From positions 1-38,793 of the forward strand of contig RBNJ01000155.1 of NCBI GenBank assembly GCA_003990765.1: a stretch of 38,793 nt of DNA. The letters are read 5' to 3'. The stretch is from Jimgerdemannia flammicorona (lineage: Eukaryota). Positions within the stretch are counted from its first letter, which is position 1, and each line of letters opens with the position of its first letter. A program made the translations under genes and the position numbers. Positions 1-13,185 of the stretch are shown here, one piece after another. Under the pieces are notes generated by a model. It saw nothing but the letters and a program-made list of their open reading frames with translations, had not been told where the DNA came from and did not search any database.

Positions 1-3000
1 AAAAAAAAAAAAGATACTGGTTATATGTATTTAAAGAGAGAAGACAGATGAGTTTGGAAGAGTATTTGGTATAGTGAGAAAAGTTGTTAGAAGATATTAT
101 ATCTAGCTAGTGAGTGGGGTGGGGCTCTTAGAGAAATCATCACCACTGTCTAGTAAAGAGGATTTGTGAGTAGAGTAAAGAGAGAGTAGTGATGATTAAT
201 AGTTTAATAGTCTTTAATAATTATAAAGAGATGGAGAGTGGTCTCTTGAGAGATATTAGTTAGGAGTAGGATTATTATATTATATTAAGAGTTAGAAGAG
301 TTTAGTAATAAATGATGAAGTCCAAGTAACTATGAAAAAAAAAAAAAAATAGAGTAAGAAATATATATATGTATATTTTAAAAAGATTTGAAAAGTTGAT
401 AAAATAATTTAATTTTTGTAAATTTTTGTAAAACTTATAGATAGTTTTTTTTTATAATAAAATTTAATTATAATATATAATAATATATATATATTATTAT
501 ATAAATTATATATATTTATTAAATTAGAGTAAAATGATTAAAATATTTTTATCTATATTAATATTATATATTTCTCTCAAAAAATATATTTTTTTTACTC
601 TATATATATTATTTTATTTTATTTTTTTATTTTATAGACTTGAAGTTCTATAGATTTTTATTAAAAGGAAATTTAGACTATATAGACCAAAACTCTCTCC
701 CACTATCTCTCAAGTACTACACTCCTAATAAACCTAGATTAGCTATTGTCCAGCAGCTCAACTATAGTAGAGCTTATAGTAGCTCATATCTAATTTTATA
801 TACTACATATACTCTTCCTACTACCAGAGAGTAAATAATTATATATCAATAATTAAAGACATATATCTGAAATCTCAGTATATATAAAAAACTATACTTA
901 AGCCAATTCACATAGTTTCTGCCACTTTAAGTAGAGTAATAGATAAAGAAAAACTATAGAATAGTAGGTAGGATCTAGTTCTCTCTGATGAGATAATTAG
1001 AGGACTTAGAAGGAGATCTCTAATATCTCACTACTCAAGCTTACTGACCTCAATCATATTACTATATCAGCACTTAGTTCTAGTTAAGTGCAGTTAAGAT
1101 ATCTGATCTGGATAGCCTCAGGCCCCTCAACTACTCTCAACAACTGGGGCCTAATACTATATATTACCAAAAGTAGTCAAGAGTGATACTTACTATCTAA
1201 CTATCTCACATCAATCAAAAGGCTCCATCAATATAATATCTGCTCCAGTTCTGATGACTACCCCCAGTCTGGTATCTGACTGGTTTACTGTAATTATCCT
1301 TTCTCTTATCTATGATGGCTATCTCTTCTCTCAACCTAACTCTATCTAAAAAAACAGTTATCTATATCAGTATCATACTTGCTAAGAAGCTCACCAAAGT
1401 ATAGAGAGCTCTACTATAGATATCAAGGACCTGTAGGTAATCTATACTGATACTTAATACTTAATTAACCAATACTCTATATAGTCTATGATATACCAAG
1501 ATAATATCTTATTAATAATAGTAAAAGAAAAAAGTTTCATATTAAAACAAATATACTCCAGATATAGTCAGAGATATTAGAAACTATGAAAAAGTAGAGA
1601 AGATACCAATTTGATACTGATAAAGAGACAATTTAACACTATTGTCTCTCTCTCACTATACCCTTATAGATATAGTAAATCAATCTGAGATAGAAGAGAT
1701 AAAAGTAGAAAAAAGAGAACTTAGAAGCTTGCCTACCAATCTTGTCTAGTATGATAGCAGAGAAAGAGACTGTCTATATTTTTTATCTCTAACTATATTA
1801 TTAGTATATAAATATTTAATATTAAAAAATATTTTCAGATTTTTATTTTTCTAAGATTAAAGAGTAAATTATAAGAGAATTATATATAATTACTATTATT
1901 TTAGAGTTATTTATTTATAATTTAAAATATATTAGAATATTAAATATTATATTAATATTATAAAGTAAAAATAATAATTAAAACTGAATTTTATTTCTTT
2001 TTTCTATTTTTATTTTTATTTTTATTTAATCTACTTTAGTTATTATACAAAATAGTTATATAATATATAATAGTATTAAATAGATCAATTCTTAAAAATA
2101 TTATACTATATATATATATATTTTTTAATCTTTAATATAAATTATAAAAATTATATAGAATCATATTTGCTAATAGTTCCTTAGTTTATTCTTTTTGATT
2201 TTTTTATATTATTTGCTATTTATATATTGGAAAATTGAGCTTCTCTTATAAGTACTATCAGGTCAAGCAATTTTGATCTGATATTTTTATAAAATATAGT
2301 TAACAACTATTTGACTTATAATTTTATCAATAATAAATACACTACTTGTAAATTTATATAATCTAATAACTGATAAATTAGCCTATTTACAGATATTTCT
2401 ATAGGTACAAATTATAGTAAAATTATTCAAAAATAATAACATTGATGATATTACTTATATATATTATCAGATAAGTATATTATATATATATAACTTTAAA
2501 ATACTATTAATTAATCAAAGATTTATTAGATCTATTTGAAATTATTATATCTCTATAATATAACTTAAATATATGATTCTTAGAACTATGTCATTTTTTG
2601 AGTTATATTACTTAATATATAAAAATGTAAGCAATTTAGATTAATAAATATTTATTCTTCTCTGTTATCTATTTTATTATTCATAATAAAGATTATGAGC
2701 TCTGATTAAGTAGCTAAGAAATATCTTACTAAGATTATATATGACTCTATATTAAGATAGTATACTAAGAGATAAATTAAGTAGCTAATATAAGTATATC
2801 AAATATAGCTACAATAGACCCAAGTAATTCAAGTACTATATGTAATAGAAAATACAGTTCTGATTATAAGTATAAATACAGTCAAGAGATCTATCTCAGT
2901 CTTTGGCAATAAGAATTATACTATTTAGATGTTCTATATATATAATCTTCTAAAAGAATAGGCCTAATAGAGTATATGAAACTATAAGTATAGATTTAAA

Positions 3001-4441
3001 ACTATAATACTACTAATAACTATTAAGCATTATGAGAGATTTTATATAATTACTATATATAAGTATTCTCATCAAACTGATTCTACTTATAATCTCAACT
3101 ATTTAATCTATGAATAAAGCTTAAGAAAATAATCTTCAAATATACTAAATATATTGATAATCTAGTAAATTAGGTGAATTTTCTAAGTATATTAGCAGAT
3201 TATATTAGTAATAAAGATAAGATTCTAGCCCTTATAAGAGAACTCTCTAAAGTATATATTATTATTATTATTATATATAATAGTAGGAAGCTTATAGATT
3301 ATACTTATATTATAATCAGTTTTATTAATAAAGAAATATATTAAGAAAATAGTATCAAAGATAATGAGAAGATTCTACAGATCCTATAGATAAGACAAGA
3401 GGTATCAATAAGATCAAAAGTATAAATCTAAGTTTGACAGTAACTATCATTACTGTGGTAAATATAGATATTATGTAAATAATTACTATTATAAAAAGAA
3501 TAAGAAGGAAAATAAAAAAGAAAAGTATAATAAAAGGAAAAAGAGTTGAAATATAAATATTACTAAAGTAGATAATAATAGTGATCTTTTCTTTACTTAA
3601 GCAATATATATAAAAGACCTAGAGAATACATCTTCTACTATTACAAAATTCAACAGAAATACTTTTAAGCTGATGATCAAAAATAATATATATAAGTATT
3701 ACTAATAAATATATCAATATAACCAATAATAATGATGTATAGCTTATAGATTCTAGTATTATATAATATATATATAATAGCATATATAGAGTAGTTCTCT
3801 ATATATGAGCTTCTCAAATATCTAATACTAATTAAACTAGATAATAATAATAATATATATATTTAGAGTAAGAAGAATATCAGTATATATCTTTATAAAA
3901 AAACCATAAAGTCTATCAGTACTCTTGTAGATATACTATATACTCTAGAAATAAGAAAAAACTTCTTCTCAATCAGTAAAATAATACCTCATAATGATAA
4001 AGAAATACTTATATATTTAAAGAAAGCTATAGTCTATGATATATAGAAAAAAAGCTCTTAATAATCTTAAAGTATAGTAATATCTATATGATTAATAATA
4101 TGTATATTAAATAGAAATAGCTTCTGTATTTATATATATAATAACTATACTTAATATATCTAATATAGTATTAATGTTTAGGATATATCAGTAAATTAAG
4201 TCTCAAAAGAATAATTAAGAATAGCTCAGTAAGTAGATTACTAATATATTATTTATCCTGATAACAACTTCTGTAAAAACTATATAATAAATAAGACTTT
4301 AGAGTATCTATTTAAAGAATGGCTAAAGTATATATTCAGGATTCTATACTTTATATATATAGATATATATAGACTGATATATATACTATTATATTCCAGA
4401 AAGAGATATTTCATTATAATTATTAATGATTATATACATAT

Positions 4442-4969
4442 TGTAACATAGCGGATGCTTACTCTTGAAAGTATGTCGGATTTCTGTATCTTGAAAACTT
4501 GACCATTCTGACTCTCACAGAGTCTCTTGAAGTTGTAGGGGAGAGTGGGTGAGTTCGAAGTGTATCTGCCTGCAGGCTTACTAGTTCCTTTGCTATCTCT
4601 TTGCTTTGAACTATTTTGATCTGAGGTTTATTAACTCAAAGATACTGGGTTATTTATATAAGTTTGCTAGCTATGAGATGGCTACTGAGTTATGTGGCTA
4701 AGTTATGAGTCATTTAGACAATGTCTAGAAATTTAGACAATGTCGAAATGCTATACTAAATTGGGGTGTTCAATTTGGATAATGTCTAAGAATTTAGACA
4801 ATGTTGAAATGCTATACTAAATCGAGGTATTCAATTTGGATAATGTTTAAGAATTTAGACAATGTCAAAATCGAAGACTGCTAACTATAAGGTTATACTA
4901 CTTTGGGACTGGGTGCGATCAAGTGTCTATTCCCTATTTTCTTCTTCCAAATTTGGCTGTACTGTCACA
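4442..4969 (-). repeat. 3' LTR of gypsy A (528 bp)
   Basis: TGTAACATAG...GTCACA, near-identical to 10749-11280; preceded on the minus strand by the purine tract CAGGAGGAAG. Confidence 0.95.
4713..4870. repeat. 61-bp tandem repeat within the gypsy A LTR (also ~11020-11180)
   Basis: TTTAGACAATGT recurs at 4732, 4793 and 4854 (period 61), with a partial copy at 4713. Confidence 0.85.
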
Positions 4970-4970
4970 A

Positions 4971-4980
4971 CTTCCTCCTG
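4971..4980 (-). promoter_or_regulatory. Polypurine tract of gypsy A
   Basis: Minus-strand CAGGAGGAAG, 1 nt before the 3' LTR; the same tract occurs in gypsy B. Confidence 0.85.
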
Positions 4981-5006
4981 AATAGATAGTCTTATCCCTG
5001 AGGCAT

Positions 5007-5444
5007 CTATTCAAACTCCCCGGTTTCAACCGTCTGTATGGTCTTATACTGTGCAATTTGCTGCATGACTGTTTTCCAATGATGTCTTCTTACTTTCTCA
5101 AAGTTGGTGGGGGTTACTCCTCTCAGGTGGTCCATCACTAGTTTATCTTCTCGGAATAACTTGTGGATCCTTTTGGCGATAGTAATCTGTGAGTAGGAGA
5201 GTTGGCACTTGGCAATCCAGTCCTCTTTGGTCTTTGCTGGATCCTGATTGAGCATCTGTCCAAGCTTGAAGTACTCTTGGAATTCTGCTTGGTATTGATA
5301 GGCTCTAAAGTGTGAGATCTGAGAGAGATGAGTCTGCACAATACTCTGAATATCCTCATAGTATGGCTCTATGGTCAGAGGCTCGGTGGTGTGCCATTGT
5401 CTTTCAATGGCTCTTTAGGCAGCACTAGTGATCTTGAGTGCCAT
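5007..5444 (-). pseudogene. Gypsy A accessory ORF3, unknown function (~145 codons, one internal TAA)
   Basis: ATG at 5444 lies just after the integrase stops and is in frame with track ORF 5007..5339. Motifs QEYFKLGQML and IAKRIHKLFR match the gypsy B LTR ORF. Confidence 0.75.
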
Positions 5445-5455
5445 CACAGTACTTT

Positions 5456-6650
5456 TATTACTGGCTATGATATTTCTTGAGTCAGTTTCGGTGAATGGTG
5501 GTCGGGATTATTGTGCCTGAGGGTTTTCATAGCCAAAAGGTGGTCCCTTTTATATTTTGCACAAGGTAAGGTCCTTCCCACTTGAGCTCCAGTTTTCGTG
5601 ACTATGAAACTTCTACCATATTCTGATACACTAGGACTTTGTCTCCTATCTTGATAATCTCCAAGGGCTTGTGGATCTTTTCTGTATTCCTCTGTTATAG
5701 TGTCTGCACCTTGGTTATGTAATCCTCAGCCTTCTTCCTGATTTGGTGTAGTCTCCATATTTCCATGTCCACATATTTCCATATAGCATCTCCATTGGAT
5801 GATAGGGTTCCTTGAGAACATTCTTCTCCAAACAGCATTTCTTGAGAGGTAAAGTGGGTGCTTTGTGATCGGATATCCTGGAGAGCAGATAATGCATTAG
5901 CAGATAGTGATCCCAGTTCTTGTAGTTATCACAGATCTTGGCGATAATATTCTTGAGGGTTTTGTTCATCCTTTCTACTTATCTGTTTCCTTGGGGGTGA
6001 TAGGCTGTGGTCTGAATGTACTAGATCTTGTACTTCTTGTAGAGAACCTCAAAGAGCTGGTTCACAAATTCTGTTCCTCTATCTGTAGTTACTTGTGTTG
6101 GGGTCTTGAACTGGCAGATGATTTCCTTGTGGAAGAAATTGGTGATTGACTGTGCATTGGCTTTCTTGAGAGGTCCTGCTTCTATCCACTTCGTAAAAAG
6201 GTCTACAATGACAATGATGTATCAGTTACCAGTCAGGGTCAAGGGTAGAGGGCTGATTACATCCATTGCTATATGGGCAAATGGTACTGGTTCTATGTGT
6301 GCTGATTCTGGTGCTTGATTCCGTTGGTCTTGTTTCTGTTTCTGGCATTTGTTGCATATCTTGACAAATTGTCTGATATCTTCCTCTATCCCTGGCCACC
6401 ATATTGTTCTTCTTGTCTTGTCATATGTATTTGTTCCTCCTAGATGGCCAAGTTTGTGTACTGATTTCATTGCTTGCTCCTTCTTATGTTCTGGTATGAC
6501 CAGTAGTTTTCCTTTCTTCAGTGTTTCTCCATCAGTTTTGAATTGTTTCTATGTCCTGTTGATAATCATTTGTGTCCATTCTTCCAGATGTTGGGGCATC
6601 TTTCGCTGTCCTAGATATGTGATAATTCTGTAGTAGAGCTCCTTATTTAT
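5456..6650 (-). pseudogene. Gypsy A integrase (HHCC, DDE core, GPF-type C-terminus, no chromodomain)
   Basis: HKLGHLGG...CNKCQ, MDVISPLP, VDLFTKW, NKTLKNI and IHRN.LKKY; several stops and frameshifts. Confidence 0.9.
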
Positions 6651-9600
6651 GATTGATTTGTTGGTTGGAGGCAGTTTGAGGTGTCCATGAGAGAGCATCT
6701 GCATTGGAATTCCATCTTCCAGGGCAGTGTATGATGGTCACATCATAGGCTTGTAATTTCATTATCCATCTGACATAGATTCCCTTAGGTTGTCCAGTTG
6801 TCAGTAGCCAGGTGAGAGCTGAGTGGTCTGTCTGGATAGTGAAGTGTCTTCTGGCCAAATAGTAGTGGAACTTTTCCACAGCCCAGATGACTGCAAGGCA
6901 TTCCAACTTGTAGGACTCGTATTCCTTTTCAGCCCCTCGGGTTCCATGGCTAAGATATGTAATGACATACTCTTTTTTGTCTTCTTTTTGAGCTAGGACT
7001 GCTCCTAGTCCTTGTATGCTTGCATCTGTCTGAAGGATAAATTCTTGGGTCCAATTGGGTCATCTGAGGATGGGTGCCTGAGTTAGTCTGATCTTGAGTT
7101 TGTCAAATGCTTTTTGTTGTCTGCCAGTCTACTGGAACTTGGTATCCTTCTTGTTGAGTTCGTAGATTGGACCTACGATGTTGGAGAATCCTCTAATGAA
7201 TCTGCAATAGTAGGAGGCAAGTCCCATGAAGGCTTGGGCTTCTGTAACAGTAGTGGGCCTTGGGTATGCTGCTACTGCTTGTATTTTGAGGGGGTCCATG
7301 TATGTTCCATCTCGATTGATAATATGACCAAGATAGGAGATCTCAATTTCTGCAAACTTGCACTTCTTGGGTTTGATATAAAGGCCATGTTGTCTTAGTT
7401 TCTCCATTATCTGCTGTATATGCTGCAGATATTCCTCAGGTGTCTTGCTATAGATGATTACATTATTGACATAGACCATCATCCATCTTCCCATATCATA
7501 GTGGAAGATTTTGTTCATCATTTGCTGAAAGCTTGCTGGTGTATTGCACATTCTGAATGGCATTCGTAGGTAGATATAGGTTCCGTCTGAGGTGATGAAG
7601 GCTGACTTTTCACTTGCTATCTCTGTGAGTCCGATTTGGTGAAATCCTGAGTATAAGTCCAAGGTGCTGTAGTACTCTGCTTCGTCTCCCAGTGTTATAA
7701 GGATGTCACTGATGAGCAGCAGTGGTTGGCGATCCTTCTTGGTAACTGCATTGAGCTTTCTGTAGTCGACACAGAGCCTTGGGGCAAATTCTCCAGGTTT
7801 GCTTTCTTTTTTCGGGGCTAGTACAACTGATGAAGACCAGGGGCTGCTGGCTTCTTTGATGATGCCAGCTTCTTCCATCTGCTTGATTTCTTCTCTAAGT
7901 CATTCTCGGTAGGCTGGCGGGACAGGTCTTGCCTTCTGATAAATGGTTCAGTGTCTCTGGTGTCTACCTCATGATAGTAGTATGGGGTCTTTTCCTTGAT
8001 ATCCTTGAAATCTGTGGCAAGGACATCCTCAAATTTGTAGAGTATTTTCTTGAGTTCCTCCTTAAGTGGGAATTCATCTTCAATGGTATAACTGTGCTTG
8101 CTTGTGTTTTCCTCCTTCTTATGCTCAAGTTCAGTGATCTTGGTGCTGGCGAATACTCCTCTTCCTATGGATCCAAATTCTTTCTTTCCTCTTTTTGTTT
8201 CCTCCAGATTCATGACTTCTATGATCCTTGGCTGTATGATTGGGAAGATCAACATCTGTGCCAATCAGTCCTTCTTCTTGACTGGAAATGGAATTGTAGG
8301 ATTGTGGTTCCTAGCAATGAGTAGAATTTCTTCAGTATAGTCTGAATCAATGACTCCTTCTTCAATTGTGATTTCACTTCTAGCCAGACTGCTTCTTGTC
8401 TTGAGAATCCTGACATGATCCCTTGGGATGGTCATCTTTAGTCCAGTTGCAAGTAGTGTGGTTATCTGGGGTTCAAGTACAGTTTCTTCTACTGTAGCGA
8501 TGTCCATTCTGGCTGCATTTTCTGACTTATATTCTGGTAAGACTACATCAGGGTGGATCTTTCGAATCTTGATCTTGATTTCTTCTTCATCATCACTGTC
8601 CTTCAGGAGGACTGGTGGTTCGTTGTCTTCCTTCTTCTCTTCTTCTCTGATCTGTTTTTCGAGAGCTTTCTGCCATCTTTCCTGGTAGATCTTCCTGGTT
8701 TCAATGGTGTACTGGTAGCAATTATTGACATGCTCCATACAGTACATCTTGATTCCATGAGGACAGACTCCTTGTGGAGCATAGCCTTCTGTGATCTTCT
8801 TGCACCATTCTTCTTCACTCATCCATCCAACTTTTTTCTTCTTTGGAATAGTCACCATATAAGCTTCCTTTTGCTCACTCTCTTCTTCCTCCATATCAGG
8901 CAGGACTCCTTTGTTGACATTGATGGGAATTCGTATCTTCTGTCCCCAGTAGGTGATCTGTATCTTCTAAGTATTGAGATCGATTACCGCCTTGGCCTTG
9001 TGAAGCCATTGATTACTGATGAGGATGTCATAGTTGGTGGCATTGGTTACAATTATATCTACTGGGATTATTGCTCCTCCGATCTTGATGGGAACATCTC
9101 GGATCTTTCTCAGAGGTGTGGCTCTTGTGCCATCAGTTGTGACAAATACTAGCTTAGTTGCTTCTTCCACATCCCAACCTAGGCAGTCTACTGCCTTCTT
9201 ACTGAGGAGACATCCTCCTACTCCCATGTCAATGATGGCTTCAAAGGTTCTATCTTCAATTTGGCATGTTGTATAAGCAGAGGTTTTGTGATTGTCCTCA
9301 CTTTCTTCTCCTGAGTCCTCTTGAACATTATTGGCCTCAGTTATCTTCTATCCTTGTTCCTTGGTTGTTTCAGCAAGTCCAAACCTCATTTGCTGTCTGA
9401 ATGTTGGGATTTCTGCGAGCTGACCAAAGGTTGCATTGACCTTTTGTTGACTGAGATCCTTGAAGATATCATACTTGAAGGTCTTGGTCTTGCAAAGCTT
9501 CTTTTCTTTTTCTCCTTTACTGGCTAGAGTGGTTCCTCAGATGATATCTTGAACTGCTTACTCCAGCTCGATATCTTGGTCCATCTCTTTGGCTTGGCTT

Positions 9601-10634
9601 TCTGTAGTGATTTCCATCTACTTTTCCACTGGGTTCTTCTTGGGTCTTCCTGGTGGTCTCTTGTAGAGTTCTTTGTGAGCATCCTTCTTGGTGGTCTGAG
9701 CAGAATAGGCCTCCCATTCCTCTTCATTGGATTCTCCAATTTCTTCAAAGGTGATTATATTGGCCTGCTCCTTGTTTCATATAGCATTGCTTGGTTGAGT
9801 CTTGCATTTGGTTTCACTCATACATTCATAGGAGTAGTGGCCTTCTTCTCTGCAGCTGTAGCAGGTACCTTTCTTCTTGTCTGAGGTGGCGGCAAACTTC
9901 TGAACAGGGTGGCAATCTCTTCCTCAGATTTCCTTTACCACATCTCCCAGGTGAGCAGTTATTTCAGCAAACCTTTTGGCAAGTTCCTCCATAGGGTCAC
10001 TGTTCTTTTGCTGCTCTGTAGCTTTTGGCTGAGGTGTGTTTTGATTGATCATTATGGTGGAGATCACACTGGTTGCCTTGGGTGCCTCGATTCTGACTCC
10101 TGTAACTCTCTCCATTGTATGATCTTATGGGTGTCTGGCTATCCAGTATTGCTGAGCATAGGTGACCTTCTGTGGCAGATCCAGAATCACTGGTGATGAG
10201 CAGATGGCCATGGCTATTTCTGGATGGACTCCTTTTATGAAGGTTGCTTCAGCTACTTGATCTTGGATAGCAGTAGCATAATCTGCAAGGATTATCTGAT
10301 ATCGGATTCTGATATAGCATGTGTTTGGATCCTCGCTCATTCCTTGGCATATTGTGTTGAGCTGATCCTTCAGGGCTTGCTTGATCTCGTCTGTGTAATA
10401 TGTATTTCAGAGCCAGGTCTTCTGTGCTGTCAGTATGGCATTGGCATCATTTCCTGCATGGGTTGCAGCTGTGAATGCTGCTCTGGCAGGGCCTCGTAGA
10501 CTGAAGGGCATGAGGGCTACTTGCTGTACTGCTGTTAGAGTCCTTACAGCAGCATACTGCTCGAAATCGTCAATGAAGGTGATGATTGATTCATCTGAGG
10601 TATATCCATGGAATACTGGTGGTCTCATATCCAT
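6643..10634 (-). pseudogene. Gypsy A gag-protease-dUTPase-RT-RNase H polyprotein, disrupted
   Basis: Gag MRPPVFHG; knuckle CYSCREEGHYSYEC (~9820-9870); protease IIDMGVGG; dUTPase RSSLA, GVIDSDY and RGKKEFGSIG; RT LCVDYRKLN and LDLYSGFHQI; RH ECLAVIWAV, TDHSAL and NADALS. Confidence 0.92.
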
Positions 10635-10727
10635 CTTATCTGAGTATTGGGGCTCGGTTTGTATAGTTGTTCAGGTAGTGGTGGTTGTTCGTTGTTCAGC
10701 TTGAAAGTGAGGGATTCGTCTTGAATC

Positions 10728-10745
10728 ACCAGCCAATGGGTACCA
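10728..10745 (-). promoter_or_regulatory. Primer-binding site of gypsy A
   Basis: TGGTACCCATTGGCTGGT starts 3 nt after the 5' LTR; cognate tRNA not identified. Confidence 0.75.
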
Positions 10746-10748
10746 AGT

Positions 10749-11280
10749 TGTAACATAGTGGACACTTACTCTTAAAAGTACATTGGATTTCTGTATCTTG
10801 GAAACTTGACTGTTCTGACTCTTGCAGAGTCTCTTGAAGTTGTAGGGGAGGGTGGGTGAGTTCGAAGTGTATCTGCCCACAGGCTTACTAGTTCCTTTGC
10901 TACATATCTCTTTGCTTTGAACTATTTCAATCTGAGGTTTATTTACTCGAAGATACTGGGATATTTATACAAGTTTGCTAGCTATGAGATGGCTACTGAG
11001 TTACATGGCTAAGTCATGAGTCATTTAGACAATGTCTAGAAATTTAGACAATGTCGAAATGCTATACTAAATCGGGGTGTTCGATTTGGATAATGTCTAA
11101 GAATTTAGACAATGTCGAAATACTATACTAAATTGGGGTGTTCAATTTGGATAATGTCTAAGAATTTAGACAATGTTGAAATTGAAGACTGCTAACTATA
11201 AGGTTATACTACTTTGGGACTGGGTGTGATCAAGTGTCTATTCTCTATTTCCTTCTTCCAAATTTGGCTGTACCGTCACA
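10749..11280 (-). repeat. 5' LTR of gypsy A (532 bp)
   Basis: Direct repeat of 4442-4969, differing mostly by transitions; adjacent to the PBS. Confidence 0.95.
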
Positions 11281-13185
11281 ATATATAAGACCTTTACATA
11301 TATACTTCTTATTAGTAAATAATAAAGCTCTGAAAAAAATTAAAAAATTCAATATAATTATAGAAAATAAAATAAAATATAGAATATAACTATATAATTA
11401 TAAATATATCAATAGTATATTTAACAATTTCTGAAGAAAAATAGTATATATCATCAGATAACTATACTCTATATATCTCAGTAGAATAGTATGGCTGAGT
11501 AATTTAACTAAATAATTATTGAAATAATATAGGTAATGATTTATATAATTAAATTGTCATATTTCTATTAGATCAAAGCTATCAATATAGTGATATATAT
11601 ATATATAATTAGTATAATTTTCAAGCCTTAAATAAGGAGTCTTATAATAATGATAAAAATTCTAGAAATACTGATTATATTTCTGAGGAGTTGTAGAGTA
11701 AAAAAAAAAATGTCTAATATATTTATTTATATATATTTAGATATAATATATATATTCTTAACAAAAGTAATATCATTTAATATAAGTTTGAGCTAAAGCT
11801 AATAAGTACATATTCTTTGAATATTCTGGTAAAGTATATGGGCTCTGAAATATTGAAAAATAGTATATAGTTATTTTATATAATATATAGTTCAAGGAAG
11901 AGATCAAGAAATCTTGCATAGATATATCTGTTAAAACCTCTACAATTATAGTTCAGTCAAAGCAACCATCATTCTCTCTTTAGTTGTTAAGAAAAATATT
12001 TTATAAATATAGCTATTTGAAAATTATCTACTAAATGAACTATAGTTACCTGAGCCAAAAAACAGAGATCAGAGATAAGAATGATGAACTCTTCAGTAAT
12101 AAAGAATTCATAAAGAAAAAGGACAAACAAAAGCAAAAGTACTCTAATATTTACTGAGAAATAGTTCAGATTTAGAAAGTTATTAAGATTAAAAAGTCTT
12201 AAAAGATAATATAAAAACTATATAAGCTAGATCAAAATATATAAATATATATATATTATAATATCTTCTGATGAGCCAAGTATCTACAATGATACTATAA
12301 CTGGTCCTAATAGAGAAAGATAAAAGTAAGCTATGGATAAAGAGTATAATTTACTCATAAAAAATAATATATAAGATTTTGTATCTCTTTTATCAAACCA
12401 CTAAGTAATCAGATCACATTGGGTCTATAAATCAAGTATAAGATTAATAGAAACATAAAATAATATAAAGCTCATTTCATTGCTAAGAGATATTTACAAA
12501 GTTATAATATAAATTATATATGATGAAACTTTCTCTTTAGTATTCAAGCTTACTTTACTAAGAATATTCCTTACAATCAGTATACTATATAATCTAAAAA
12601 TCCACCAAATAGATATTAAGATAGCCTTCTTAAATAGTGATATTGATATTAATTTATATATCTATCAACTTAAAGGATATGAACTATATAATAATCAGAA
12701 TAATCTTGTATGTAAATTATACAAAGAGTTATATAAAATTAGTAAGTAGTATATCTGTAGAACTGAAAAATTAATAATTATCTTCTTGATAATAGATTTC
12801 TATATTATAAAGTAGATAATTATATATATATTCAATACTATAATAATAAAGTAGCTTTTATAGATATATAGATAGATAATATAATTATTATTATATAAAG
12901 ATAAGCTCAATAAAGTTAAAGAAGCCTTATACTAAGAGTTTAAGATAATATATATAAGTGATATATTCTTATTTTTAGAGATATCTATTATATATAATAA
13001 AAATAAATATACTATATATCTCTTATAAATAATATATATCTAAATACTTCTCAAATATTTTAATATAAGTAAATATAAGTCTATTAGTATGTATATATAT
13101 ATCAATAAAGTTGAAAAAAAACCTGAGACTGATACTATACCAGAGTCTGCTAAGAATATCATCAATATTCCTTATTAGTAAGTAG

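Larger units (their letters stand above)
4442..11280 (-). mobile_element. Full-length Ty3/gypsy LTR retrotransposon A (dUTPase-bearing), decayed
   Basis: Direct-repeat LTRs with TG...CA ends, 4-bp TSD ATAT (4438-4441 and 11281-11284), PBS next to 10749, PPT next to 4969, and gag-PR-dUTPase-RT-RH-IN order on the minus strand. Confidence 0.95.

Noticed and set aside
1..1800. Decayed G-rich/poly(A) and poly(T)/C-rich segments that look loosely inverted, plus ORF 640..834
   Set aside because: No recoverable protein motif or convincing terminal repeat; too mutated to call.
4713..4870. CRISPR-like periodicity
   Set aside because: The intervening sequences are themselves repeated, the array lies inside an LTR, and there are no cas genes in this eukaryotic context.
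7915..7955. Frameshift between dUTPase and RT in gypsy A as programmed recoding
   Set aside because: Gypsy B is in frame at the same place, so it is best explained as a private 1-nt deletion.
5907..10704. Many plus-strand ORFs over gypsy A (and minus-strand ORFs over gypsy B)
   Set aside because: Antisense shadows of the pol frame with no recognisable motifs.
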